NCBI GenBank assembly: GCA_028534125.1
Contig: CM052832.1
Coordinates: 9,054,001-9,118,000, forward strand
Length of the DNA: 64,000 nucleotides
Direction: 5' to 3'
DNA from: Lama glama
Taxonomy: Eukaryota
Under the pieces are notes generated by a model that ran no database searches, was not told the DNA's origin, and worked only from the letters and a program-made list of their open reading frames with translations. This document shows positions 39,150 to 51,172 of this stretch, one piece after another. Numbering within the stretch: position 1 is the first letter of the stretch; every line of letters starts with the position of its first letter. The position numbers and the translations under genes are program-made.

Positions 39150-41400
39150 GTTTCTTGGGCCATTAAATACCCCGATTTAAAAAACGATGGAGGCTGGGGA
39201 CGGGTGTGGAGACAAGGGTGAAACCGAAGACTGGAAGGGCCGGTCGGGTCAGAGGCCCCAGCGCTCCGCCCGACCGCATCGAGCACGCGAGGTCGCCGCG
39301 AACCGGCTGCTGGCCGCGCCCGGTTCTCGCCCGGCCCACTGTCCTGGGTTTTGCCAGTGACTGCACCGTCTGGGCTGCCCACTCACACCTCTGGCTGGTC
39401 CCGACTTTAGGCTAGGCTCATTCACTTCCGGTGACAAATCCCTCCCACCACTTCTAGAAATAATGTAACATTTCCCCATCGCTTTCCTAAAGACCGACGG
39501 GTTCCACTGAGAGCCGCAGAGCCCGAGACTGGGGTCTCACCCCCAAGCGGCCAGCGGCGCCCAGCTGCGGAGGCAGTGACGGCGAAGGGTGGGGGAGGGC
39601 GTGGGAGGAAGAGGAAGGGGGTGTGGAATCTCACCCTCCCCCCACACCCCTCCGACTGCAGCAAATGGCCAAAAAAATAGTAATCCGTTTTTAGACTCCC
39701 CCAGGGCCCCCTGAACCTGATTGCAGTGGGGGACCTAGTCTCTCCCATCACCACGGTGCCCCTTGCCTTCTCCCGCCCCCGTAACTGCCTGCGGGAATCC
39801 AGGAGCCCTCGGCCGCGCCAAACTGCAGCGGCAGAGGGGTGGGGACGGGTAGGATGAGGATTTGGGGGCGGTTGGAATGGGATGGGGGAAGGGGTGGTGG
39901 AAAAGAAAAAACCAGAGGCATGCAAGCGGCTCCCTAGCCAGCTGTTCCAGCTGCCGCTTCCTCCGGCGCGGGCCAGGCGGTGCAATATTCCCCCCCCTCC
40001 ATCTTTCTCACCACTACCTGTCCCCCCCCCCACCACACGCTCACATTCCCCCCACCAGTAGAAGATCTCCGGCCTGTTAGGGGGTAGTAGGGAGGAGCCG
40101 GGGGGGAGGGGGAGGCCTGCGAGTTTCTAACCTTGTTCTTATAAACAAACCCACATGTGCAGCTGCCGCTGCTGCAACTCACCCCACAATCCCGGATATA
40201 AGTCCTGCCCCTTTAAGAGGAAAAAAAGCTTCCCCCGCCTGCCTCCCACCCCACCCATCCACCAGGACCTTTGTCTCCCCACCCAACTTGTCAGTCGGCC
40301 CCGCCCCATATCCCCGCCCCCTCCAACGCGGAGGAACCAATGGGTGAAGAAAAGAAGGCCAGGGTCTGACGTCAGCGAGTCCGGCCAATCACAGGTCGCG
40401 TTGGTGGGAGGCCTTGAGGAGGGCGCGCCCAGAGGAAGGAAGATTGGAGGAAAGAAGCTTGAAGTCAAGATGGAGACTGCGGGGTTCCCAGCTGCTGCTG
40501 TGGGGAACGGAGAACTGGGGCCCCAGAGGGACCTGAGCCTGGTGCCCGAGCGGCTTCAGAGGCGAGAACATGAGCGGCAGCAGGAGGTGGAAAGGCGGAA
40601 GCAAAAGCGGCAAGACCAGGAGGTGGAGGAGGAGAAGAGCGACTTTTTCGCCGCCGCGTTCGCTCGGGAGCGAGCGGCCGTGGAAGAGCTTCTGGAAGGC
40701 GGGGAGTCCGTCGAGCAGCTGGAGGAGGCGGCCGCTCGGCTGCAGGGGCTGCAGAAACTTATCAACGACGCGGTTTTGTTCTTGGCCGCCTACGACCTGC
40801 GGCAGGGACAGGAGGTGCTTGCGCGACTGCAGGCGGCCCTGGCCAAGCGGCGCGAGGAGATGCAGCCTAAGAAGCGTTTCGCTTTCAAGACCCGCAGGAA
40901 GGACGCTGCTTCAGCCACCAAAGTAGACTCAGCTCCCCGCGCCCCGGCGGCGGAAGGCAGTCTGGCCTCCCAGCCGCCCTTGAAGGAGGAGGGAGGCTTC
41001 GGCTCCAGCTGGATCTGCGGCTTCTCTAACGTGCAGTCCCAAGTCTTAGAGAAGAGAGCCGAGGAGCTGCACCAGCGCGACGTCCTTCTGACCCAGCTGA
41101 GTAACTGCACGATCAAATTGTATGGCAATCCGAACACCCTGCGGCTGACCAAGGCCCGAGGCTGCACTCTGCTCTGCGGCCCAGTGTCCACCTCTGTGTT
41201 CCTGGAGGACTGCAGTGACTGCGTGCTGGCTGTCGCCTGCCAGCAGCTCCGCGTACACACTACAAGAGACACCCGCATCTTCCTGCAGGTGACGAGCAGG
41301 GCCATTGTGGAGGACTGCACCGGGATCCAGTTCGCCCCCTACACCTGGAGCTACCCGGGGATCGACCAGGACTTCGAGGGCTCGGGTTTAGATAGGAGCA
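39150..41400. promoter_or_regulatory. CpG island, TBCC promoter, probably bidirectional with a distal BICRAL start
   Basis: High GC and CpG density. GC boxes CCGCCC at 40301 and 40314, CCAAT at 40337 and 40385, full CRE TGACGTCA at 40367-40374, ATTGG at 40443, ETS site CACTTCCGG at 39423-39431. Confidence 0.85.
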
Positions 41401-41507
41401 AAAATAACTGGAACGACGTTGACGATTTCAACTGGCTGGCCCGAGATGTGGCCTCCCCCAACTGGAGTGTTCTTCCTGAGGAAGAGCGAAGGGTCCAGTG
41501 GGACTAA
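40470..41507 (+). CDS. TBCC: Tubulin-specific chaperone C (tubulin folding cofactor C), single coding exon, 345 aa
   Basis: ATG at 40470 (AAGATGG, good Kozak) in frame with ORF 40155-41507. Protein METAG...LVPERLQRREHERQQEVERRKQ...LAAYDLRQGQE...PKKRFAFK and the C-CAP domain (YGNPNTLRL, CGPVSTSVFLEDC, ACQQLRVH, SRAIVEDC...FAPY, NNWNDVDDFNWLA...SPNW) are characteristic of TBCC, which is intronless in mammals. Confidence 0.98.
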   Translation: METAGFPAAAVGNGELGPQRDLSLVPERLQRREHERQQEVERRKQKRQDQEVEEEKSDFFAAAFARERAAVEELLEGGESVEQLEEAAARLQGLQKLINDAVLFLAAYDLRQGQEVLARLQAALAKRREEMQPKKRFAFKTRRKDAASATKVDSAPRAPAAEGSLASQPPLKEEGGFGSSWICGFSNVQSQVLEKRAEELHQRDVLLTQLSNCTIKLYGNPNTLRLTKARGCTLLCGPVSTSVFLEDCSDCVLAVACQQLRVHTTRDTRIFLQVTSRAIVEDCTGIQFAPYTWSYPGIDQDFEGSGLDRSKNNWNDVDDFNWLARDVASPNWSVLPEEERRVQWD

Positions 41508-41642
41508 GCATGTGTTACTCTTGACTCCTACCACATACTCCCCATGTGGGACTGACTCCAGCTAATGGGACCCCAAAGTTTGCTTTTGTTGTCACACTGT
41601 TTTTATTTTAAGATTTGAGATAGGCCCCTACTTTTGATTTCC

Positions 41643-41648
41643 ATTAAA
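41643..41648 (+). terminator. Candidate TBCC polyadenylation signal ATTAAA (alternative AATAAA at 42003-42008)
   Basis: Hexamers about 135 and 495 nt downstream of the TBCC stop codon. Confidence 0.45.
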
Positions 41649-41796
41649 CTTATGACAGGTCTACCATTTGAAAGAAGTTTTGCTATTTTGGTAATGTCTA
41701 GGAGCTTCTATTTGACGATGATAGTTTGAAGCCATAAGGGGAAAAGAGTGTTGTGTGTTGATGTTGAATGATTTGTGGTGTTTAAAAGTAATTGCA

Positions 41797-41969
41797 GCAC
41801 AGGGAACTATATTCAATATCTTGTAGTAACCTTTAATGAAAAAGGATATGAAAACAAATATATGTATGTAAATGCATGACTGGGACATCATGCTGTGCAC
41901 TAGAAATTAACACATTGTAACTGACTATACATCAATTAAAATTTTTTTTCAAAAAAAACCAAAAAAAAT
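41797..41969 (+). mobile_element. Short young L1 3' tail with TSD, in or just past the TBCC 3' UTR
   Basis: GCACAGGGAACTATATTCAATATCTTG...TGACTATACATCAATT plus A tail. TSD AAAAGTAATTGCA (41784-41796) / AAGAGTAATTGCA (41970-41982) at a TTT/AAAA site. Confidence 0.9.
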
Positions 41970-42299
41970 AAGAGTAATTGCATGAGAAAGTAGGCTTTGT
42001 TTAATAAACGAAATCAGAAGGGCTTTAGTAGGAGCTAGTTAATCTGGAAGTAAGGTATCAAACCTGTTCAAACTATCCTTAGCCATTAAGAGCTTTTTTG
42101 AATTGCAGATTTGACTTCCATAGGTATTTCTTCAGTAGGACTCTGGAAAGACTTCTCACTGGTCTTCAGCCACATGTTAGCTTGTGTTTCTGGCATCCAG
42201 CTAGTCATCGACTTATTTGGGTCCAAAGTTTTGGCCCGGACCCCAGGAGGCTCATGAGTCTTAACCAATTGTAAAGCTACCAATTTTTTGTGCACTTAA

Positions 42300-42500
42300 A
42301 ATGTCAAAGACACCATTGTAAGCACCTTACTCATACAAACTTAATATGTCTTCAAAATCTTATGAGGTAGGTTCTGTTAACACCATTTTTCAAGTAAGGA
42401 AACATAATTAAGTTGCCCAAAGGTCACACAGCTCAAGTGGACTGGGACTTTAAACCAGGTAGTCTGCCTCCAGAGCCCACCTTCCTAACTGCTACAAGAT
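42300..42500 (-). mobile_element. MIR SINE
   Basis: TATGAGGTAGG...CCATTTTTCAAGTAAGGAAAC...CCCAAAGGTCACACAGCT...TCTGCCTCCAGAGCC. Confidence 0.75.
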
Positions 42501-44206
42501 ACTGCACTGGAATAGTGTTAGATGAATTGGACAGAATGGTCCCCAAATTAAAGAGGGCAAATTGTTTTTCTTAGATTCTCAGGCATAATGATGCTATGTA
42601 TCTATCATACAAAAAAGAATTTAGGCAAACATCTGGCTGAATCTTAATTTTTCCACTCATTTTGCTATGAATCTCTACTGTTAAAATTTGGCTTTCTCCT
42701 CTATGCACTACCACCCATTATTCTTAAATGGAAAACTAAGATTTTCAAAAAGATTTTTGGGTCTAGTGGCCTTGTAACTTCAGATGTGCTTTTTATTTAA
42801 TTATTACCACAAGTATTAAGGTGCTTAAATTACCTCAAGTATTTATATGTTTAATATTTTTATGTTCTATTTTGTTCCAGAAAGGAGATTAAAGTGGCTT
42901 CTAAGATATGTGAAATGTAACAATATTAAAAAAAAAATTACAAGGAGGAACAAGGATAGTCACAAATTGGAGGCAGAAATGAGGCCAATAAAAATTGTAA
43001 CCTGCCAACCTCTATTCTTTAGCTGGAGGTGAATCCAGATTTTTTTCCCCTCAACTACTAGCTAACTTGAAAAGGGATGCTAATCAGTTTCACAATTTGC
43101 AACAGCCACAAAAGAAGGGGGGTGGGGGAAGATCAGTTGCTTAGGAGAATTAATCCTGATGATAAAAAAGAGACAACATATAGTGAGATTCTCAACCGTA
43201 TTTTTACAATAGAAACTTGGACCAGTATCCAAAGCTATTCCCCTAGAGACTGATAGTTCAACACAAGTGCACTTAAGGATAAACCATGCTTGTGGCACTA
43301 ATGGGCTTCCAATTCATATTTGTGGAGTCATCATTTTTATAGGAAAGTTAGCTTTCCTAATTAATTAAAAAAATAAAATCCCTTGAACTTCTTACAAACA
43401 TGCAGTTTGTAATAAATAATAAAATCAAAAATTATAGCAGTATGAACCATAGTTAATGCTTGCTAATCTCAGCTGAGCTTTCTTTGCTGCTCAGTAAGCC
43501 TGTCCTACCTTCCTGAATTGTGCCAAATCTCCCAGCCCCTTTTGTACTACAGCTCACAACTCTGCAGACTTCACCTGAGAAGTTATAGGCCATCCAGTTA
43601 GCACCCCCTAATATCCCTCAATATTTGAAAACATTTCCAGCCTTGCTGGTCTTCTTACTAGAGGCATAGCTCTTCTTGCCCAGAGCTTCCTCTTCCACTT
43701 CTGCCTATCCCTCCCTACCTCCTGTGGCTCTCACGCCCTTTCCACTGGTCTTTTAAGACATCAGATCCTGAGTTCCTCCAATTGGATAATGGAGGGTGTT
43801 GCAGCTCCTTCCCTGTGCTGTCAGCTGTCTTAAAAGAATAACTATGTACCCACACCTACATCTACCCCCTCTAAATCTTTGTAACTTTACTTCTCTGCTG
43901 AAACTCATCTTTGATGGTATTAAGGGGCCTAATCTACTGTCTCCCTCCCCTCCTCCACTCTTCCCCCTTCACTCTAGGTGCAGTTTACTCTTAATTCTTG
44001 AAGTTCTTTTTTTCTGGCCATAACCTTTCTAAACTTTCTCTTCTGTTGGCTTCTTTCCCTTCATTGGGATTGAAATATGAGTGATGCTCAGTGTTGCCAT
44101 TAGCTTCTTTGTATTCTTCTTCAACTGATGTGCACATTCTTGTGTCCATCCCTGGCCTTCACCCTTATTGGGCTCACCTGCCTTTCAACCTTTCAAATTC
44201 CATATA

Positions 44207-44343
44207 CATATATTTTTTAGTTTATTTTCTGGGGGGAGGTAATTAGGTTTACTTATTTATTTTTTGACGGAGGCACTGGGGATTGAACCCACGACCTCGT
44301 GCGTGATACGCATGAACTCTGCCACTGAGCTATACCCTCCCTC
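44207..44343 (-). mobile_element. tRNA-derived SINE, Vic-1-like, with TSD
   Basis: Minus strand reads GAGGGTATAGCTCAGTGGCAGAG...GGGTTCAATCCCCAGTGCCTCC...AAACCTAATTACCTCCCCCC. TSD TTCAAATTC(C/T)ATATA at 44192-44206 and 44344-44358. Confidence 0.85.
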
Positions 44344-46039
44344 TTCAAATTCTATATATTTTTAAAATCTCCATTTTCTCTTCTCTCCTTCCCAAGTTCC
44401 ATGTTTATTTTAATGATGTCACTCTTCCCCAGGCATCCAGTGCTTACTAGGGCCAAGCAGGTAAAGTCCATGAGTAAGGCTGCTGGGAGTAAGTCACTAG
44501 AGAGTTGGGGACTAGATGACTTGGCAGACAAATTCCAGTATTTTAAAAACATTATATAAGCTGAGCACAACTTTTTCTGCAGTCTGCATCTGGTACCTGA
44601 GCTGGGCCAATTTGTACTTAAATATGAAGGATGCCCAAAGTGATGAGAGATGCCCAGAACATCTCAGTTCTATCCCCAGGTCTTGCCTGTTCATCCCATC
44701 TTCTCAAGTCTCTCTGCCATTTTAGGAAGATAGACTCTATTACATTTTCCCTAAATTTGAACTGGGATGGATTTTTGGATTTTTTTTTTCCACAAAAACC
44801 ACCACAACAAATCTATGTTAAAGTCACACCCCTGAATTAAAAGCATTGACTTAAAGTCATTTTAATAAGTTTCTATTAAGGAAATCTAACGATAGTGGTC
44901 ATAACAAGGGGCATATTGCACCAAAAGTGTAATGACAATATATTTTCATTAAAATCAACTCTGGAAAAGCAATTAAATTTCATGCTAGTCAAGCAGTCAG
45001 AGTTTAATAACTTCATTTATGATCACTTATGTTAAATATAATTTATTACAGTATTATATGAGAATTGTGTAATTATAAAAGTGCCACTCCAGAGTCTCAA
45101 CCCCATAAGAATAGGAGAAATGGTCAACTTACTTATACGTTCTAATGCTGACGTTCTGATTATAATTGACAAGTCATTTATTGAAGGAAAATTTAGTTGT
45201 AATTGTATTAATCAGGCAGAAATTAACAAAAACAGCAAGATACAAAAATTCAACGTCCTGTGGCTAATGTTACATATAATACAATGATTTATAAACATGG
45301 CAATTACTGTAGTACCACAAAAATTGGACAACTCAATTGCGTTTAACTCAAAAGTTTCACCACCATCTCAAAAACTTGATCACACTATTTGACTATTTTC
45401 TTCTCTTGTTAAAAAAATTAAGTTGGCCATGACAATTAAGATGAAAGGTCAATTATTTACCAGCTTTAAGTTTCAGGAAGGGCAGGGACAGTATGACACA
45501 GAAAGCCATGTTCAATTCAAATGAATAAATATTTGCGCATCTACTACCCACCCGTTCAGTGCTGGGCGCTAAGAACACAACATAAGGAACGAGGTAAGTG
45601 TGTGCTCTTCCTTGATGGAGGTCACTGTCTAGTTGAAGATCAGATGAATGAAGGAAGAATCGTGAGAGAGAAATCCTGAGAGCTCTGATAGCGTTCTGCC
45701 TTATTATTATAACCTTAAGTAAGTCTTCTATATTAACCACCAATCCAGGGTTCAGCCCACTCCCTACTTAGATCAGCAGCAGTCACAGAAAGAACTAGTT
45801 ACTAGTCAGAGGCCTGCCTTCCAGTAATTCAGATACTCCCTCTGAACTTTAAGAATGATAAGACCAAGCAAATAATTCAAGGCCACTTATTCACCTGGTA
45901 ACCAAGCTCGACATTCATGTACTATATTATTAAAATTTCTTTTTACTTGAATATCTTTCAGTTGTGTTTATTTCATCAAGAAATCTATACATAATCTACT
46001 TTTTAGAACTGATATCAAGATTAACATTTGATTCTAAGA

Positions 46040-46720
46040 TGACAGTGCAATGGATTTTTACAACATAGGTAATTCACGCAGAAGTACAAAAAGATTGGAA
46101 TAAAAAGAAAATCTCTCTCCTTCTTTTGATCCCAGCCATTCAGTTTTCTTCAGAGAGCAACCACCTGTTTGTTTTGTATTCTTCTGGTCTGTGCATTTAC
46201 AAACTTATGTGCAGTATAGCCTTTTATCTTCCTCCCCCAAAAGAAGCATACTATGTGTAGGACTGGGCACCTTGCCTTTGTCCTTAATGACACACTGGAG
46301 ATCTTCCCATATAAGTATATAGCCATCTCATTCTCTTTAACTGCTGCATTGTGTTCTGTTATATGGAATGTGCCATAATTATTTAACAAGTCTCTAATTG
46401 ATGAACATTTAGGTTATATCCAATCTTTAGCCACCAGAAGAATGCTACAATGAATATCCTTATACATAAATTATTCAGCAAGTGTGCAGTGGGTACTTAT
46501 GGGTAGGTTAAGTACTTAGAAGTAGAATTACTGAATAGGTTATAAACATTTATTATGTTGATAGATATCATCAAATTGCCTTTTGAGGAGGTTTATCAGT
46601 TTACACTCACTAGCAGTGACTGAGAATGCTATTTCTTCACATCCTTATTGACAGAAACTGTGCTATCAACTTTTGGATCTTTGCCAATCTGATAGTTAAC
46701 AAAACGTTATCTTCCTGTAA
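46040..46720 (-). mobile_element. L1ME-like fragment
   Basis: TTCTCTTTAACTGCTGCATTG...GATGAACATTTAGGTT...TAGAAGTAGAATTACTG...TTTGCCAATCTGATAG. Confidence 0.8.
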
Positions 46721-46983
46721 TAGTAATTGTCTCCTAATTTGTCTCCCCAGCTCCAATTTCTAAAACTCTTTTGTATGCAGCTATGAGATTAGCTTTCTTA
46801 AAGCATGTCACTCTTGGTCTGTCAATTCTGAGACGCCCACTGCCTGCTGGACTCCCCAGCCTGGAAGACAAGCCCCTCCCCACTCTGCTTTCAGCCTACT
46901 GTTGCTACATGATGTTTCACTGTTTCATCACACATTCTTCGTGCTCCAACCAGTCTGAACTAATACCCATTAATCAAACACAC

Positions 46984-47425
46984 TGTACCAGTCAGGGACC
47001 TGGCAGGAAACAGATGGCACACTCAAAATGGATAATTTGAGAAAAGCGTAACATAGGAGCTATTTACAAAGCTGTGAGCAGAGTTTAGGAAAAGCCGTAA
47101 GAGACAGTGTAATACCTGTTATCACTCCTAGGGCTGAAGGGACAAATCTGTTACCTGAATCCAGAAAGAGAGGGCGCTAACTGACAGGAACTGCGGCCTT
47201 CATTAAAGGGATGCGGCCAATCCAGTGTGACCTGGCAGTGGGAGAGCCACAGGGATTTAAAAACTCTCTTTGATGGTGCCTTCCACTAGCTGAGCCCAAT
47301 TAGAATTTTAGGGCAAGGAAGTATGTTGATGCAGTTCATGTGGGTCAGCTCCCAGGACACAGAGCTCCAGGGTGCAGAAAAATGAAGAATGGATTTGGAG
47401 GAACAAATGGAAGATATTCAGTATA
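46984..47425. mobile_element. Ancient solo LTR (subfamily uncertain)
   Basis: TGTACCAGTCAGGG...GCAGGAAACAGATGGCACACTCAAA...CTATTTACAAAG...GGAACAAATGGAAGATATTCAG, inserted in an L2 tract. Confidence 0.65.
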
Positions 47426-47835
47426 AACACCTTCTAGCACACTTTCTGGCCTTTTCCCAAGCAGTTCCCACAAAGCTGGAGTCCATGTGCACTTGCCAAA
47501 ATTTTACACAAGCCAAATGTCACCTCCTCTGGGAAGTCTTCTTGGATTTCCCTTAATCTCTTTGAGAATGAAGCATGAGATATAGAGACAATAAGAGCAA
47601 GAAGGAAAAGTGAATGAGCCAGTCTCTGAGGTCAAGTTGTTGCATTCTCCAGTAGGGACAATTAAAAAAAATTTTTTTTTTAAATTTAAGTGTAGTTGAT
47701 TTGCAATGTTAGTTGCAGGTGTACAGCAAAGTGATTCAGTTATACACAGCACTGTAGATTGACTATACTTTAATATAAAATACATACATACAAGGTGGCT
47801 TGCATTATATTTCTGCTGGACAGTGCTGCTCTAGC

Positions 47836-48056
47836 GCAGGTGTTGGCAAACTACAGCTTGTCCATGAAATCTGGTCTGTTGTCTGTTTTTGTAAATAAAG
47901 TTTTATTGGAATATAACCATGCTCATTAGCTCACATATTGTCTGTGGCTGCTTTCCTACTACAATGGCAAAGGTGACTAGTTACAAAAGACACTGTATGA
48001 TCCTCGAAGCCTAAAATATTTACCATCTGGCCCTTTATAGAAAAAATTTTCCAGTC
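47836..48056. mobile_element. MER58A hAT MITE
   Basis: TTGGCAAACTACAG...TTTTGTAAATAAAGTTTTATTGGAA...GCCTAAAATATTTACCATCTGGCCCTTTATAGAAAAA. Confidence 0.85.
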
Positions 48057-48063
48057 ATAGAAA

Positions 48064-48255
48064 AAGTGATTCTCAACTGATACTGATTTTACCCACCGTG
48101 GGTATATCTGGCAATGATAGGAGACATTTTTGGTTTTCACAGTTAGAGGGTGGTGGGAGCTCTTGGCAAGTAGTAGGTAGAAGCTGGGGATGCTGCTAAA
48201 GATCCCAGAGGGCACCAGACAGTCCCCTCTAACAAGGTATTCTCTGGCCCAATAG
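48064..48255. mobile_element. MER20 hAT MITE
   Basis: AGTGATTCTCAAC...TGGCAATG...GAGACATTTTTGGTT...GGGATGCTGCTAAA...TCTGGCCCAA. Confidence 0.8.
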
Positions 48256-50067
48256 AAAAATTAGTTTATCTACAAAGAAGGGACAATTAGACTGACAGCA
48301 ATGGAAGCTATAAAATAGTGTGATAGTAGTTTCATCATGCTGAGAAATCATAGCAGTTAACCTAGAATTGCATACCTTAAAAAAAACTAACTTTCAAAAA
48401 AAAAGGATGAAATAAAGACATTTTCAGACATTAATAAAACTATAACAGCTTTACATGAATAGAATCTTCCTAAAGGAAATTCTAAAGGATGTACTTCAGG
48501 CAGAAGGAGAATGATCCTTGGAAGTTGAGAGATGTGGGAAGGAAGAGTGAGCGAGGACAGTAACAAATAAAAACATCAATTATAGGCAAAAACGATAATT
48601 ATACCTAATTTTAATGGGTTTAAGGAAACAACGTGGAACTAAAATACTGGTAACTATAGCATATAAATCTGGAACAGGGTGATTGGAATGAAAGTGTTCT
48701 AAGGCCACTGTATTATCCTAAAGGAAGGAAAATATTAAATTTAGAACTTATTAAAGATACATGAAAAAATTTCCAGGGTATCTATTAAAAATACAGCAAT
48801 AAAGTATACAACTTGTAACTAAAAGGGAGTAATTAAATTAGGAAGAATACCCTTAACCAATCCTAAAGAAAGCAAAATAAAGGGAAGAAGATAAAAGAGA
48901 ACCATAGAAAAAAATGGACAAAGAGAAAACGCTAAATAAGTTGGTAGAAACAAATCCAAATACATCAGTAATCATAGGAAATGCAAGCAGACTAATGCTT
49001 CCTCTTAAAACACAGATTGTCAATGTGGGTTTAAAAAAATCAACTATATGCTATAAGCTTAGAGTGCTAAGCATGCACTCTACCACTGACCTATATCCTC
49101 CTCATTCTAAGATATTCTTGGTGAAAAAGAAAAAGGTGTCTGTGTGTGTGTGTGTGTGTCTTGCCTAATTAGGTATGAAGACTTATCTAATTAGAGCAGT
49201 GTGATGATGGCCAGGAATACATAAAGTGACTCATGGGACAGAACAGAGAACTCAAAAATAGACCCATGCATGTATGGAAAACTGATTCATGACTGGGCAG
49301 TGCAAACTATAGGGTAAGGGAGAGAATACTCAGTGAACGGTGTACTGAGACAACTAGTCGTCCATATGGAAGAAAAGTAAATCATATCCCTTCATCCCAC
49401 CATACACAGAAATCTACCCTGGATACATTCAAATCTTAGAAAAAGTACAAAACTCTTAGAAGGCCACAGAGGAAAGTATCTTTCTTTCTATGTATGGGGC
49501 AAGGAATAATTTCTTAAAACAAGCGCTTGGAAAATATTGAAAAATTCTGATCTTCAAAAGATACCATAAGGAAAGTGAAAAGTCAAGTCATAAATTAGGA
49601 GAAAATTGTTGTAATGTATATAGATGTCAAAGAAATATAATATAAGGAAGTCAATCAGAAAAACATTAACTGAAATGAAAAATGGGCAAAAGACAAGAAC
49701 ATACATTTTTCAGAGGAAACACAAATGGCAATAAGTTTATGACAATGTATGCAAACTCATTAGTAAAAGGGGAAATGTAAATTAAGACCACAGTCAAAAT
49801 GAGGAAAACAAAAATTAGGAAGTCTTGACTCAATTGTAATGGTTGGAGAAATTGTGGATGATAAATATTCACTGCCAGTGGGAGTAAAATTTGGCCTGAT
49901 CACTTGAGGTAATTATTTGGCATCACTCCATAAAGGGGAAGATTCACAAACCCTACTTCTCAGCAGTTCCTCTCTCAGGGCTACACCCCAGAGAAGCTTC
50001 TGCTGAGTGGGAGACAGGTACAGAATGTTGACAGCAGCTCTGCTCATAAAAGCAGAACTAGAAATCA

Positions 50068-50805
50068 TTACAAAATAAACGCTAGAATCCAGCAATCCCC
50101 CTCCTGGGCATATATCCAGAGGAAACTCTAATTCAAAAAGATACATACACCCCAATGTTCATAGCAGCACTATTTACAATAGCCAAGTCATGGAAGCAAC
50201 CTAAATGTCCATCAACAGATGGCTGGATAAGAAAGCTTTGAGCTATATCTATATCTATATATCTCACATTGTATCATATATATACATATACATACACACA
50301 CACACACAATGGAGAACTACTCAGCCATAAAGAAAAATGAAACTATGTCATTTGTAGCAACATGGATGAACCTGGAGATTATCATACTAAGTGAAGTAAG
50401 CCAGAAAGAGAAAGAAAAATACCATATGTTATCATTTATATATGGAATCTAAAAAAATGACATGAATGAACTTATTTACAAAACAGAAACAGACTCACAG
50501 GCATAGAAAACAAACTATGGTTACTAGGAGGAAATGGAGTGGGGAGGGATAAATTGGGAGTTCAGGATTTGCAGATACCAACTACTATATATAAAATAGA
50601 TAAACAACAAGGACCTAATGTATAGCACAGGGAACTATATTCAATACCTTGTAATGGCCTATAGTGAAAAAGAATATGAAAAGGAATATATATGTATAAC
50701 TATGCTGTACACCAGAAACTAATACAACATTGTAAATTGACTATACATCAATTAAAAAAAATTTTTGAATTTAAAAAGCCTATGCAAAAGAAAAAAAAAC
50801 AACCC
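50068..50805 (+). mobile_element. Young L1 3' end with 11-bp TSD
   Basis: CCAGCAATCCCCCTCCTGGGCATATATCCAGA...AAAGAATATGAAAAGGAATATA...poly(A). TSD ACTAGAAATCA at 50057-50067 and 50806-50816. Confidence 0.9.
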
Positions 50806-50903
50806 ACTAGAAATCACCCCATATCCACCTACAGGAGAATGGATCCTGGATGTTATGATATGAAAGTTAACTGAAGCTACATTTAGCAACAGGTATGAGT
50901 CTT

Positions 50904-50989
50904 TTTTTTTTTTTAATAGAGGTACCAGGACCTTGTGCATGCTAAGCATGCACTCTACCACTGAGCTATACCCACCCCATCCCCCAAGG
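50904..50989 (-). mobile_element. Short Vic-1-like SINE with TSD
   Basis: Minus strand reads GGGTATAGCTCAGTGGTAGAGTGCATGCTTAGCATGCACAAGGTCCTGG. TSD ATGAGTCTT at 50895-50903 and 50990-50998. A similar head fragment lies at about 49060-49100. Confidence 0.8.
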
Positions 50990-51172
50990 ATGAGTCTTAA
51001 AACATCATATTAAGTGAAAAAAAGATCCCTGGAGACTATGCATTATGATACAATTTTGTAAATCTGAAAAAAAAAGCAAAAAATATATATACAAAGGGAA
51101 ACACATGATTTTTGTATGAAAAGGAAAAGCTAAGGTATTCAGAATAATGCCTACATCTTGAGCAGAGGGAAG

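Larger units (their letters stand above)
48256..51170 (+). mobile_element. Highly decayed L1ME-like element hosting younger L1 and SINE insertions
   Basis: A-rich L1 motifs (GAAATAAAGACATTTTCAGAC, ATACCATAAGGAAAGTGAAAAG, CCATATCCACCTACAGGAGAATGGAT) interrupted by younger elements. Confidence 0.75.

Noticed and set aside
39422..40036. 204-aa minus-strand ORF in the TBCC island
   Set aside because: GC-rich promoter sequence, non-ATG start, no recognisable protein features.
40556..41320. Antisense and alternate-frame ORFs (up to 176 aa) over TBCC
   Set aside because: Shadow ORFs of a GC-rich CDS, with no independent evidence.
44270..44340. tRNA-like A and B boxes (also at 12.9, 26.3 and 50.9 kb)
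   Set aside because: They carry SINE tails and TSDs and differ from each other, so they are SINE heads rather than tRNA genes.
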